Shown here one piece after another: positions 9,274 through 18,752 of a stretch of 53,098 bases of DNA. The translations under genes and the position numbers were made by a program. The notes below the pieces were generated by a model. The model was not told where the DNA came from, did no database searches, and worked only from the letters and a program-made list of their open reading frames with translations. Within the stretch, counting starts at the first letter, position 1, and the number at the start of each line of letters is the position of its first letter. The DNA lies in NCBI GenBank assembly GCA_964423905.1, contig CAYRGX010000027.1, forward strand, positions 1 to 53,098, read 5' to 3'. The stretch comes from an uncultured Leptospirales bacterium. GTDB taxonomy: Bacteria; Spirochaetota; UBA4802; UBA5550.

Positions 9274-9777
9274 TCACGCGTCCGCGACGGGCGCGGTGCC
9301 GTACTGGTAGTTCCGCTTCACGTACTTGAGGATGATGGACGTGTCCACCTTGATGATGCCGTCGATTTTGCTTATGGTGTTGTGGACCAGGTCGTTCAGG
9401 TCCTCCAGGGTTTCCACGATGAACTCGGCGTTCACGTTCGCGCCGCCGGTCGTCATGACAATGTACCAGAGCTCCCTGAGCTTCACCAGCTCGGCCACTG
9501 CGGAATCGATCTTCTTCATGTCGACGTGTATGTTCAGGTCGCCGGTGATCCCGAAGCCCAGCTTGAAGGGGTTGCTTACCGCGACGATCTGTATATACCC
9601 CTGGTCGATGAGCCTCTTCAGCCTGCCGCGCGCGGTGGCCTCGGAGATGTCGAGCCTTTTGGCGATCTCGGTGTTCGAAATCCTTCCGTCCTCCTGGAGC
9701 AGAGTGATGATCTCCCGGTCGGTGCGGTCGAGGTCCCTTTTTTTGGTTTCGCCCGTGTTTTTTTCGTTTTCGCCCAT
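9274..9777 (-). CDS. Lrp/AsnC family transcriptional regulator
   Basis: N-terminal HTH (DREIITLLQEDGRISNTEIAKRLDISEATARGRLKRL) followed by a RAM/AsnC_trans C-domain. Confidence 0.85.
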   Translation of the reverse strand: MGENEKNTGETKKRDLDRTDREIITLLQEDGRISNTEIAKRLDISEATARGRLKRLIDQGYIQIVAVSNPFKLGFGITGDLNIHVDMKKIDSAVAELVKLRELWYIVMTTGGANVNAEFIVETLEDLNDLVHNTISKIDGIIKVDTSIILKYVKRNYQYGTAPVADA

Positions 9778-9980
9778 TGCATTATCCCCGATATCGTATT
9801 ATTATCTATAATTTTTAATATTTTTCGTTATTTTTCAATTAATTTTTGTTGATTTTCATAATTTTTTTGATATTAATTATTATATAAGGATATACCAGCG
9901 GGCGACATACAGACTTTCCATGAAAGAAGGTGCCCGTTCGGCCGCGGGTATATCCCCATCGCATGAAACGGAGGCGCACC

Positions 9981-10808
9981 ATGAGCAGCACGACCAACAC
10001 GACCGAGGCGAAACGGTTCACCATCAACGACTTCAGGGCCCGCAAGGCCTCGGGCGCGCCCGTGTCCATGGTGACCTGCTACGATTACGCGTTCGCGCGC
10101 ATCATCGACCGGACCGCGGTCGACACGGTCCTGGTGGGCGATTCGCTGGGGAACGTAATCGCGGGATACTCGAGCACCATCCCCGTCACGCTCGACCAGA
10201 TGATCTACCACACCGAGATCGTGCGCAGGGGCGCGCCCTCCAAGTTCCTGATCGCGGACATGCCGTTCATGAGCTACCATGTGTCCGTGGAGGACGCCCT
10301 GCGGAACGCCGGGCGCATCATGAAGGAGACCGGCGCGAACGCGGTCAAGCTCGAGGGCGGCGAGGACTTCGCGCCCGCGGTGCGCGCGCTGGTGAGGGCA
10401 TCGATCCCGGTCATGGGGCACCTGGGACTGACGCCGCAGTCGGTGCACAAGTTCGGGGGCTATTCAGTGCAGGGGCGGGGCGAGGAGGCCCGCGCGCGGC
10501 TCGTGAGCGACGCGAAGGCGCTCCAGGACGCGGGCGCGTTCTCGCTGGTGCTCGAGATGGTGCCGGACTCTCTCGCCCGCGAGATCACGGCCGCGCTCTC
10601 GATCTCCACGATCGGCATCGGGGCCGGGAGCGGCTGCGACGGGCAGGTGCTCGTGCTGAACGACCTCCTGGGCGTGGACGAGTCGTTCGCGCCGAAGTTC
10701 GTGAAGAAATACGCGGACATATTCACCGTGACGAAAAACGCGCTCGAGCAGTACGACGCCGAGGTGAAGACGCGGAGCTTCCCCGCGGAGTCGAACACCT
10801 TCAAGTGA
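9981..10808 (+). CDS. panB: 3-methyl-2-oxobutanoate hydroxymethyltransferase
   Basis: Full-length similarity to the PanB pattern (VTCYDY, LVGDSLG, KLEGG, MGHLGLTPQS). Start at the internal ATG behind GGAGG; the track start at 9930 looks like a spurious extension. Confidence 0.9.
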   Translation: MSSTTNTTEAKRFTINDFRARKASGAPVSMVTCYDYAFARIIDRTAVDTVLVGDSLGNVIAGYSSTIPVTLDQMIYHTEIVRRGAPSKFLIADMPFMSYHVSVEDALRNAGRIMKETGANAVKLEGGEDFAPAVRALVRASIPVMGHLGLTPQSVHKFGGYSVQGRGEEARARLVSDAKALQDAGAFSLVLEMVPDSLAREITAALSISTIGIGAGSGCDGQVLVLNDLLGVDESFAPKFVKKYADIFTVTKNALEQYDAEVKTRSFPAESNTFK

Positions 10809-10818
10809 GGAGCGCGCG

Positions 10819-11601
10819 TCAGAAGGGTAACTTCACCAGGGGGAGCAGTCCCGCGACAATCACCGCCGCGTAACTCAGAAAGAGGCGAACGCGCCCCCGC
10901 CCCTCCCTGATGTCGGCGATCTCGCCGAGCAGGAACGGCAGGCGAAGAGGGGGATACAGCAGCAGGAAGGCGATTGCCCACCCGAACAGCGCGAATATCC
11001 CCCGGAACGTCAGAATATCGACTTTCCCAACTATCGATACAAAATTGCACACGATGCTTTCCCACACCACGGTGTACGCTCCGCAAGTGAATATGACAGC
11101 AAAAACGTTCGCAGCGATTGAGGAACGCACACATGGAGGTCTATCGAGAGGCTCATCCAGACGCAACAGGAGTTTTAAAATCGCCCACCCGTATATAAAA
11201 TATCCCCAGATTATGGCTATGAATGCGATTGTCCCCGGCCAGGTCGATATTCCAAGGCCGAAACTATTCAGGATGATCAACGCCACGATGAGCGTCGTTG
11301 TCATACTCAAAAACCAGAGTACGAACAAAGGACCATAGGCAGTGAGCCTCCCGGCAGCGCGAAGTTCCCTGGTCTTTATGGCCACCGCGAAGAGTCCGAT
11401 GCCAAGCATCACGATGAGTCCCGAGCCGAGTACCGGTGCCCTCTGTTTCGTAAAAAGAGCTCCCATGCTTTCATCGAGCAGGCGGTCCCTCAGTATAAAC
11501 GAGTAGGCCAGTTCGAACGCGACGAAAAGATAGTTGTAGAATATGCTTTCCCGCAGGATTTCACGGAGTCGAATTTCGATAGTTCCCACAACATTCCGCA
11601 T
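10819..11601 (-). CDS. hypothetical polytopic membrane protein
   Basis: 260 aa with about 7 hydrophobic segments. No recognisable motif. Confidence 0.45.
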   Translation of the reverse strand: MRNVVGTIEIRLREILRESIFYNYLFVAFELAYSFILRDRLLDESMGALFTKQRAPVLGSGLIVMLGIGLFAVAIKTRELRAAGRLTAYGPLFVLWFLSMTTTLIVALIILNSFGLGISTWPGTIAFIAIIWGYFIYGWAILKLLLRLDEPLDRPPCVRSSIAANVFAVIFTCGAYTVVWESIVCNFVSIVGKVDILTFRGIFALFGWAIAFLLLYPPLRLPFLLGEIADIREGRGRVRLFLSYAAVIVAGLLPLVKLPF

Positions 11602-11622
11602 GTCGGCCAGATAACGGCAGTA

Positions 11623-12222
11623 TCACTTTCCCGCGGGAAAGAGGCGCGCGGTCAGCGCCCTCGCCTCGGCTAGCCATTCCCGCCGCCGCTCATCGGTGCT
11701 GTTCACCACGACCCCGAAAACGGCCCTGTGCCGGTCCTCGATGCCGCAGAAATCGAACACGCACTTCATCCAGATGCGCTCCAGCGGGTCGCCGAAAACC
11801 GCGAGCTCGCGCTCGCGGGGCGTGTCGGTCGTGTTGATCACGAGCGCCCGCCTGCCGCGCAGCAGCCCCTCGGGCACGCCCTCGCCGCAGTCGCCCTCCA
11901 GGAACCTATAGGCGACGTTCGGCCGCAGCACCCGGTCGATCCATCCCGTGAGCACCGCCGGGGGCTGCCCCCACCAGTTGGGATGCACGAACACGAGCGC
12001 GTCGCTCGCGCGGAGCTCATCGCAGTGGGCCGACACCACGGGATCGACGGCACCGTCCTTCGCGAGCTCGGCCGCGGTCAGGAGGGGATCGAATCCCTCA
12101 CGGTACAGGTCATGAAACCGGACCCCGTGGCCGGAGTCGCGCAGCTGCCCGCACACCGCCTCCGCGATCGCGTGGTTGAAACTCGCGGGCGAGGGGTGCG
12201 CGAGAACCACGAGCGCGTTCAT
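11623..12222 (-). CDS. NAD(P)H-dependent oxidoreductase, flavodoxin-like fold (MdaB/KefG/general stress 14 family)
   Basis: N-terminal LVVLAHPSPASFNHA and the general pattern of FMN-dependent NAD(P)H quinone reductases. Confidence 0.75.
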   Translation of the reverse strand: MNALVVLAHPSPASFNHAIAEAVCGQLRDSGHGVRFHDLYREGFDPLLTAAELAKDGAVDPVVSAHCDELRASDALVFVHPNWWGQPPAVLTGWIDRVLRPNVAYRFLEGDCGEGVPEGLLRGRRALVINTTDTPRERELAVFGDPLERIWMKCVFDFCGIEDRHRAVFGVVVNSTDERRREWLAEARALTARLFPAGK

Positions 12223-12506
12223 TCAAGAATTTCGAAGCAGGTCTTGATGTCCATGCCCGGATCGAGCAGCGGCAGGAGCTTCGCCAGCGACTCGCCGAGC
12301 CGGGCTGAATGGGCCTTCAGCGCGTCCTTGTCGGCGTACTTTTCATAAAAGAGGATCGTGTTATCCTCCTTTCTTACTCTATGGGGGATATACTCCAGGC
12401 AGCCGGGTTCCGCGGCCTTGATCGCGGGCACGATCTCTTTTAATACCGCCACGGCCTGGTCCATCATTCCTTCCTTCACGTTTACGGTTGCGATGAGCGT
12501 GATCAT
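12219..12506 (-). CDS. antibiotic biosynthesis monooxygenase (ABM) family protein, YgiN-like
   Basis: 95-aa ABM-domain pattern (NVKEG ... FYEKYADKDALKAHS). ATGA overlap with the downstream oxidoreductase. GGGAGA RBS. Confidence 0.75.
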   Translation of the reverse strand: MITLIATVNVKEGMMDQAVAVLKEIVPAIKAAEPGCLEYIPHRVRKEDNTILFYEKYADKDALKAHSARLGESLAKLLPLLDPGMDIKTCFEILE

Positions 12507-12702
12507 TGTGAGTCTCCCTGTTGTGTGGTTTTACGGATGATCGCTCCGCGGCCCGCGCCCTGTCAAGGATGATTACGCCGTCGCGACCGACGCGCCACCG
12601 GAACGGAACGCGCGGATCGTCAGGAATGAAGCGTGTATTGATTTCGGGATTCGTGAAATGTGTGAACGGAGCGGCACCTGAAAGGCGCCGCTCCGCGGAA
12701 GG

Positions 12703-13110
12703 CTACATGCGGGTCCAGATCTTCTGGAGCTGGTCTTTCTTCATCTTGGGGCTGCCAAGCCGGAAAAGCACCATCCTTTTTGAGGTCAGTTCCTTGATCT
12801 GGAACTTGTCGATACCCGGCTCTCCTTTCTTGGGGCAGGTCAGCGTGTCGCCGGCGATGGAGTATGTCCCTCCCATGGGGGGCACTTTCATCGCAGAGCA
12901 CACCGTCTTCCAGTTCCAGGTCCCGTCTTTCTTGAATTCGTACTGCATGTAGCAGTTCGCGAGACCCAGGTCATTCTTCCATTTGCCCACTATGAGTTTT
13001 GCCCTGTCGTCCGCCTTGACCCCGCCGCCGCTCGCGCCGCCGCCGCCGCACGCGGCGAGCAAGAATGCGCACGCGACCAGCGCCGCGACAGATAATGCCA
13101 ATTTCTTCAT
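12703..13110 (-). CDS. lipoprotein, function unknown
   Basis: Start at the internal ATG behind GGAGG. Lipobox LLAAC followed by a Gly-rich linker. Confidence 0.55.
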   Translation of the reverse strand: MKKLALSVAALVACAFLLAACGGGGASGGGVKADDRAKLIVGKWKNDLGLANCYMQYEFKKDGTWNWKTVCSAMKVPPMGGTYSIAGDTLTCPKKGEPGIDKFQIKELTSKRMVLFRLGSPKMKKDQLQKIWTRM

Positions 13111-13523
13111 GAAGAACCTCCGGATTACATAGAATTTACTCCCTCTCATGATGCACCTTATAAAAATCAGCGCAAGTAATTTTTTCCCTTCCCGGGCTCA
13201 CCGGCCGCCCATTATGGCTTGACAGATTAGTTGGGGCACATAGCCTCCATGGGCGATGGAAACGTATCCCAAAACCTACCTGGTGTTCGCGGACATCCCG
13301 TTCATCCTGTATCCCAGGTCCGCCGCGACGCCCGGTACGCCCGGCGCGGACGAGTTCCTCTTCCCGTTAATGTACGCGGTCATCTTAGTCTTCGACGCGG
13401 TCTACGCGGTCCTCATGTACCGCAAGTGCAGGGAGGCGGGGATCAATCCCTGGAAACGGGCATGACCCGGCAACGCGTATATCCCGCTTCCCACCCACTC
13501 TGAACCGCGGCGGCAACTGCACC

Positions 13524-14180
13524 ATGGAAACGGCATTCCACGCGCTCGATCTCTTCGGAACCTTCGCCTTCGCGGTGTCCGGGGCCTTCAAGGCGGTCAA
13601 GTACGAGCTCGACCTCCTCGGCATACTGGTGCTCGCCACCATGACGGGCATCGGCGGGGGCGTGGTGCGCGACGTTCTCTGCGGCGACCTCCCCCCGGCA
13701 TCCCTCAGGAACGAAGTTTATTTCTACGTATGCATCGCGGGGGGCCTGGCCGTGTTCTTCTCCGCGCATCGGATAGCCCGCAGGTGGGACCTGGTGCTTT
13801 TCGCGGACGCGATCGGCCTCGGCGTGTTCGCGGGAATCGGCGGGATCAAGGGTGTCGACCAGGGCTTCGGCGTCGCAGGCATCATCCTGCTCGGCACGCT
13901 CACCGCGACGGGCGGCGGGGTCATCCGTGACATGCTCGTTTCGGAGATCCCCGCGGTCATCCGCACCGATTTCTACGCGACCGCGGTCATCATCGGGTGC
14001 GCGGCGATGGCGGCGCTTGCCGCGCTCGGCGCGCCGCGGGGCGCGGCGCTCGGGACCTGCGTCGCGGCCACCATCCTGAGCAGGCTGCTCGCCATGAAAT
14101 TCAGGTTCTCGCTCCCGCGTGCCAGGTCCCTGCCCGAGTCCCCCTCGAAGATGACCAGGCGCCGCAGGAAGGAGAAATGA
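13524..14180 (+). CDS. TRIC/UPF0126 family cation-channel-like membrane protein (YadS/YicG-like)
   Basis: Two repeats of the GGG(V)(I/V)RD signature (GIGGGVVRDVL and ATGGGVIRDML) typical of UPF0126 glycine-transporter domains. Confidence 0.7.
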   Translation: METAFHALDLFGTFAFAVSGAFKAVKYELDLLGILVLATMTGIGGGVVRDVLCGDLPPASLRNEVYFYVCIAGGLAVFFSAHRIARRWDLVLFADAIGLGVFAGIGGIKGVDQGFGVAGIILLGTLTATGGGVIRDMLVSEIPAVIRTDFYATAVIIGCAAMAALAALGAPRGAALGTCVAATILSRLLAMKFRFSLPRARSLPESPSKMTRRRRKEK

Positions 14181-14196
14181 GCGGGGCCGCGAGCGG

Positions 14197-14853
14197 CTAT
14201 TTCATGTATTTCGAAAAATCGGTGGCGTTGAAAACGCCGGTGATCGACCCGATCGCCTCGCGCACGCCCGCCTCGTTCTTCGGGTAATGGATGATCCGTA
14301 CCTGCAGCAGAATGTTTTTCTTCAGAACGATCGCGTTCGCGAAATAGTACGTCTGGTCCTCGGACTTGTGATCGTCGATTTCGACGTTTTTCCGAACGCA
14401 TTTCTGGATGTACACGTCGGCGCCGTTGATCTTCGAGACCGCCACCTTTCCGCATTCCATGCCGCTTATCTGGGTACCCGCGGCATATCCCTTTTTCGCC
14501 TGCTGCATCATGACCGGCATCTGCGGGGCGACATGCGCGCCCGAAACCGGGTTGTATCCCATGATACCGATTTCGATGTCACCCTCGAACCCGAACTTGG
14601 GATAGGCGTCGTTCTTGCGCTTGCCCGAGAGGGCCATGAACATGAACATGTTCGCGGTTTCCTTCCAGACAAAATTTTTCACTTTGAGGGTGAATCCCTT
14701 CGGCATCAGCTGCTCCATTTCCCGGGGGAAGTTCTTCGAGGTCCCCCCGCCCATCTGTTTATACTGTTCCATCATCCCGTCCAGGTCCTGGGATACGACC
14801 GCCCCCGGCACGAGCGCCAGGATGCAGAGAAAAACGATATTTTTTATGTTCAT
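14197..14853 (-). CDS. secreted hypothetical protein
   Basis: Internal start MNIKNIVFLCILALVPGAVVSQ is a signal peptide behind GAGGAG. Met-rich mature protein. Confidence 0.5.
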   Translation of the reverse strand: MNIKNIVFLCILALVPGAVVSQDLDGMMEQYKQMGGGTSKNFPREMEQLMPKGFTLKVKNFVWKETANMFMFMALSGKRKNDAYPKFGFEGDIEIGIMGYNPVSGAHVAPQMPVMMQQAKKGYAAGTQISGMECGKVAVSKINGADVYIQKCVRKNVEIDDHKSEDQTYYFANAIVLKKNILLQVRIIHYPKNEAGVREAIGSITGVFNATDFSKYMK

Positions 14854-15090
14854 GACCAGCTCCTCATGTTGAAAGAATACGGCCCGGGGCCATACGAGAA
14901 TGAACTTACAAAACAAAACCGGGATCGTCAAATGAATACCCGCTTTTTTCTACGTTATAATTTTCGGATGCACCCGGGGCCGTAAAATATTCTTGATTTC
15001 CGCGATCAGCGGTATTATTTTTCACCAGATCAATGAAAAGTATCCGCCGGGACCATCCGGGAACGTAATGATACAACAGGGGGACATACA

Positions 15091-16050
15091 ATGAAATATG
15101 TGGCCACCGTCATCGTGGTAACAATCGCGTTTTTTTCCTATGGCTGTAAAAAAGAGGCGCCCAAGGACGCGTCCATGCCCGCATCCTCCCGTTACTACGG
15201 CACGACATCGGTCGAGAAGAGCAAGGCCGTCACCAGCGACGTGAAGGAACGGTCCATCTCGAGACAAGGTACACAGGCCGCGGACGAGTCGAAAGTCGAG
15301 GAGGAGGCGCCCGCGAACATCATGGCCGACGGCAGGCCCGCAGACCCGGGAATCGCCGGGCATTTTTACGCGGCCATGGACCTTTCCAAAGACAGGCTCC
15401 TCGAGTACCGCGTGAACCTGGACTACCGCTGCACCGACCTCCAGCAGGCGAGGCTTCTGCTGCTCGCGATCACCTCGAAGTACGGCTTCGTCAGGAGCGA
15501 ATCCACCTCCATCAGCACGACCAGGCAGAACATGAACACGGTCATCGCGATCAAGGCGGACAGGCTCTACGACGCGCTGCTCGAGTGCGACCGGCTGGGA
15601 AGGCTCGAGAACGAAAGCATCATCGTGACCGACCACACGGGAAACATGGTACTGAGCGACCGCAAGGCGAAGCGCGAGCAGGTGCGATCCCTGCGCCGGG
15701 CCAGGGCGCTCGATCAGGGGGCGACGAAGGAGCGCACGTGGAGGGAGGTGGAGGACTCTCTCTCCGCCAGCGAGGACGCCATGGACGGCGCGGAGCACGC
15801 CAAGTGGGGCATACGCGACACTGTCACGTGGGCCACGCTCACGGTGACCCTCAGAGGGCCGGAATCGGCGCGGCAGATCGAGGTGCCCCGCTACGTGAAC
15901 GTGCTGGTGTGGCTCGCGAACTTCTTCCTGAATCTCCTGTATGTGCTGCTCGGGGCCTCGCCCTTCATCGCGCTGATCGCGGTCGTCATATGGAAGCGAA
16001 AGGCCATCATCGGCTTGTTCAGGCGGCGCGCTCCCGGGCAGGGAGACTGA
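15091..16050 (+). CDS. DUF4349-like lipoprotein with C-terminal TM anchor
   Basis: Lipobox (FFSYGC), a long soluble domain and a C-terminal hydrophobic helix. This architecture resembles DUF4349. Confidence 0.5.
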   Translation: MKYVATVIVVTIAFFSYGCKKEAPKDASMPASSRYYGTTSVEKSKAVTSDVKERSISRQGTQAADESKVEEEAPANIMADGRPADPGIAGHFYAAMDLSKDRLLEYRVNLDYRCTDLQQARLLLLAITSKYGFVRSESTSISTTRQNMNTVIAIKADRLYDALLECDRLGRLENESIIVTDHTGNMVLSDRKAKREQVRSLRRARALDQGATKERTWREVEDSLSASEDAMDGAEHAKWGIRDTVTWATLTVTLRGPESARQIEVPRYVNVLVWLANFFLNLLYVLLGASPFIALIAVVIWKRKAIIGLFRRRAPGQGD

Positions 16051-16083
16051 GCCGTCGCGTCCGGGTACGGATCGGGGAAAGCA

Positions 16084-16866
16084 TCATTCCCTGGTCCCGT
16101 ACCCCATGTACGATGTTTCGGCGTGCGGGCTTTCGCCCATTTTCATCCTCTTTCCCATCTCGAGGAAGCTGATCTCCCCCCTGGCCCTCCTGCGCGCGTT
16201 GCGCAGGCACGAAATCATTCCCGCCGCGGGCGCGATGCCGGTGATCCCCCCGGGGGTAATCCCGCGCGCCGACATCGCGGCAAAGAGCTCGGACGGTTTT
16301 ACGAACCTGCGCCACTCGTGCGTGTCGGGCCGTTCCCACGCGGTGGATCGCCACTCCTGGGCGACCTTGATGATGGCGAGCCTGCTCACGAACGTCCTGT
16401 TGACGGTATCGAAAAAGAAAAGGCCACCCGGTCTCAGCACGCGCGCGATCTCGCCCACCACCTTCGACACATCGTCCACGTGCTCGAGAACGTCGCAGCA
16501 CACGGCGATGTCGAACGAGGCGTCGTCAAAGGGAAGGTTCTCCCCGCAGCCGTCGAGATATCGTATCGGGAGACCTCCGGCGGCCGCATGCTTCCCGGCC
16601 AGCTCGACGAGCGCCCGCGACGGATCGATCCCGGTCACGTCGAGCCCGGCCTTCGCGAGCTCCTCGGAGAGGAAGCCCCCGCCGCAGCCCACATCGATGA
16701 CCGTTTTCCCGCGAAGACCGGCCCCGTACTTCACGGAGGCGATATCCATAAAACGGGAAAAGCGTACAGGATTGATGCAGCGCCTGAGCATCGTGTGGGG
16801 GCTGTTCTCTCCCTCGTCCCACCAGTCGCTGACGCCGGTTGAGTACCAGTCGTTGTCGATTGTCAT
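16084..16866 (-). CDS. class I SAM-dependent methyltransferase (UbiG-like)
   Basis: Motif I VIDVGCGGGFLSE, followed by ...DIAVCCDVLEHV... and LRPGGLFFFDT. Confidence 0.8.
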   Translation of the reverse strand: MTIDNDWYSTGVSDWWDEGENSPHTMLRRCINPVRFSRFMDIASVKYGAGLRGKTVIDVGCGGGFLSEELAKAGLDVTGIDPSRALVELAGKHAAAGGLPIRYLDGCGENLPFDDASFDIAVCCDVLEHVDDVSKVVGEIARVLRPGGLFFFDTVNRTFVSRLAIIKVAQEWRSTAWERPDTHEWRRFVKPSELFAAMSARGITPGGITGIAPAAGMISCLRNARRRARGEISFLEMGKRMKMGESPHAETSYMGYGTRE

Positions 16867-17021
16867 GTTGCGCCTCCTATCGGGGATACACCCTTCACGC
16901 CGGCCATGCCGACGGGACGAGGCACCAGTCCGATATGTACAGTATACACCTCGGCATGGTCGGGGTCATTAACAAAGGATAAGCGATGAACTACCGGGAT
17001 CGGGACTTTCCGTGGCGGGAG

Positions 17022-17465
17022 TCACTGCCCACCCCGAAGAATCTTGACGTCGAGAAGGTCTTTTTCGCGCCCCGTGGCCAACTTGTTCTTTATCATCATC
17101 TCTTTGCTGATGAAGAAGACCTGCACGCCGCCGATTCTGCCGTGCTCCCTGGTCGGCCATATCTCATCGAGCGAGACGCCGCTGATGTTTTTTAAAATGT
17201 CAATTCGGATAGGGGGGCGGCCGAACTGGATTGTGTTCTCATCGGTCATGTCACTTATCGCAAGCCCCAGGGTTGAGCCAAAAAAATCGGAAATCGCCCT
17301 GAGCACTTTCCCGCCATTTTCCATGGACGGGCGGATGAGTATATCGATATCGCCGGTGTAGCGGGGGATGCCGTAAAAGGCAAGTGCATAGGCGCCCACT
17401 ATGACGAATTCAACTTCGTGTGCAACGAGGAGCGACAGGAAGTCAACATAATCATCATGCATCAT
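17022..17465 (-). CDS. minimal nucleotidyltransferase (MNT) fold protein, paralog 1
   Basis: hG[GS]-x9-13-DhD signature: IVGAYALAFYGIPRYTGDIDILI. 147 aa. Confidence 0.65.
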   Translation of the reverse strand: MMHDDYVDFLSLLVAHEVEFVIVGAYALAFYGIPRYTGDIDILIRPSMENGGKVLRAISDFFGSTLGLAISDMTDENTIQFGRPPIRIDILKNISGVSLDEIWPTREHGRIGGVQVFFISKEMMIKNKLATGREKDLLDVKILRGGQ

Positions 17466-17659
17466 CGGGGCCTTTTCAATACTGTTTTCTCGATACGGGG
17501 GGGATTATCATAATTCATCACGGCATAGTATTGTTCCCGGAGCGAACGCATGGCGTCCATCCTTTCGTCGGGAGACCTGCCGAGCCAATAGAGAAGGCTG
17601 ATCCTGTCATCGTCTTCATGAAGCGGGACCTTTTTTACAACCGGTTCAATTTTCCTCAT
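17462..17659 (-). CDS. small ~65-aa partner ORF of MNT paralog 1 (unknown function)
   Basis: Stop overlaps the MNT1 start by 4 nt. Internal ATG at 17659 sits behind GAGGA. Contains an LYWL motif shared with the ORF at 17705-17905. Confidence 0.4.
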   Translation of the reverse strand: MRKIEPVVKKVPLHEDDDRISLLYWLGRSPDERMDAMRSLREQYYAVMNYDNPPRIEKTVLKRPR

Positions 17660-17704
17660 GACATCCTCACAACGGCAAGCGTGACGCACCGCCCCCGCGC
17701 GGGC

Positions 17705-17905
17705 TCAGATTCGGTCAGGTTCCATGCACCCCGCGGCGGTCTCGGCACGGATGCGCCACAACTCGGCGTTGAAGCGCGCGCACTGTGAAAGCCAGTACAG
17801 ACGCTCGTCCGGGGTGAGCGCCTGAAACTCGGTGTGCCCGTCGAAGTCGCCTTCGGTGGCGTGGCACAGGCACGACCGGAAGAATTCCATGCCGTCGGAC
17901 TTCAT
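17705..17905 (-). CDS. small 66-aa partner ORF of MNT paralog 2 (unknown function)
   Basis: Its ATG overlaps the MNT2 stop (TGATG). GAGGGA RBS 6 nt upstream. It is the C-terminal frame of a longer 241-aa track ORF whose upstream part is antisense junk. Shares an LYWL motif with the 17462-17659 ORF. Confidence 0.35.
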   Translation of the reverse strand: MKSDGMEFFRSCLCHATEGDFDGHTEFQALTPDERLYWLSQCARFNAELWRIRAETAAGCMEPDRI

Positions 17906-18420
17906 CAGTCGTCCCTCGATTTCGCGAGTATTTTCTCGAGCAGCACGATGTCGAACCTGTCCTTGTCGCGCGGGCTGGGAATGGATTTCTTCATGTCCAG
18001 GAGCTTCTTTTTCGAGAGGAGGTTGATATCCTCCCCGCCGATCTTCACGGTCTCCACGTGGTCGCGCATCGACTCGAACGAGAACGCGTCCGTGATGAAG
18101 ATGTCGACCTGGCGGTAGGGGTTGCGCGGATCGAGGAAGGTGAAGACCACCGCCTTCTTCTGGTCCACCATCATCTTTCTTTTTTCGGGGTCGAGTATCG
18201 ATTCCGCGGGCACAGGCGCGCGCGGAACGAGCCCCAGTTCGTCCATGACGTCCAGGAAGCGCTTCAGGTTGTCCTCTTTCATCTCCAGGGAAAGGTCGAG
18301 GTCCATGGTCATCCGCTCGATGCCGTGCAGAACCAGCGCGACGCCGCCGCAGATGATGAAATCCACACCGTTCTTTCTCAGCGCGAGGATGATGTCCTTG
18401 AGATGGTTCCCGCTTTTCAT
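17905..18420 (-). CDS. minimal nucleotidyltransferase (MNT) fold protein, paralog 2
   Basis: Paralogous to 17022-17465 (VDFIICGGVALVLHGIERMTMDLDLSL versus VEFVIVGAYALAFYGIPRYTGDIDILI). Start is uncertain; 18462 is the alternative. Confidence 0.6.
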   Translation of the reverse strand: MKSGNHLKDIILALRKNGVDFIICGGVALVLHGIERMTMDLDLSLEMKEDNLKRFLDVMDELGLVPRAPVPAESILDPEKRKMMVDQKKAVVFTFLDPRNPYRQVDIFITDAFSFESMRDHVETVKIGGEDINLLSKKKLLDMKKSIPSPRDKDRFDIVLLEKILAKSRDD

Positions 18421-18752
18421 GGAGGCCCATTGTCCACCATATATCGGGATTCTACAACCCATTTGCGCGCGCGGCCCGCAATTTTTTCGCGCCGGGGATG
18501 GATACCGCCCCGCGTTTTGCCGCGACGAACAGCGTGCATATTCCCCTTTGCCACGTCATCCCTCCCCGCCTTTAACATCGTTCCGGGGAAGCGGGGGGAT
18601 ATGCCAGATTATCGTGCAATGTGACATAATCTGTCAACCCTTCGCCCGCCGGATTGACACTTTCAGTAAAATGGGCAATCCGAGGTAAAAGGGTTGATTT
18701 TTTTTCTGCAGCTTTGTTACACTGCCTTATACAAAAAATCAAAAAAAGTGAT

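Noticed and set aside
7023-9329. 768-aa plus-strand ORF
   Set aside because: It is antisense to the flotillin gene. It is extremely Arg/Leu/Gly/Asp-rich, typical of an out-of-frame read of high-GC coding DNA, and has no motif.
13256-13465. 69-aa plus ORF with two hydrophobic segments in the divergent lipoprotein/TRIC intergenic region
   Set aside because: No RBS (preceded by CCTCC). It could be a small membrane protein, but the evidence is insufficient.
17705-18430. 241-aa minus ORF
   Set aside because: Only its C-terminal 66 codons (17705-17905) look genuine. The upstream part overlaps MNT paralog 2 in another frame and is Arg/Gly/His-rich junk.
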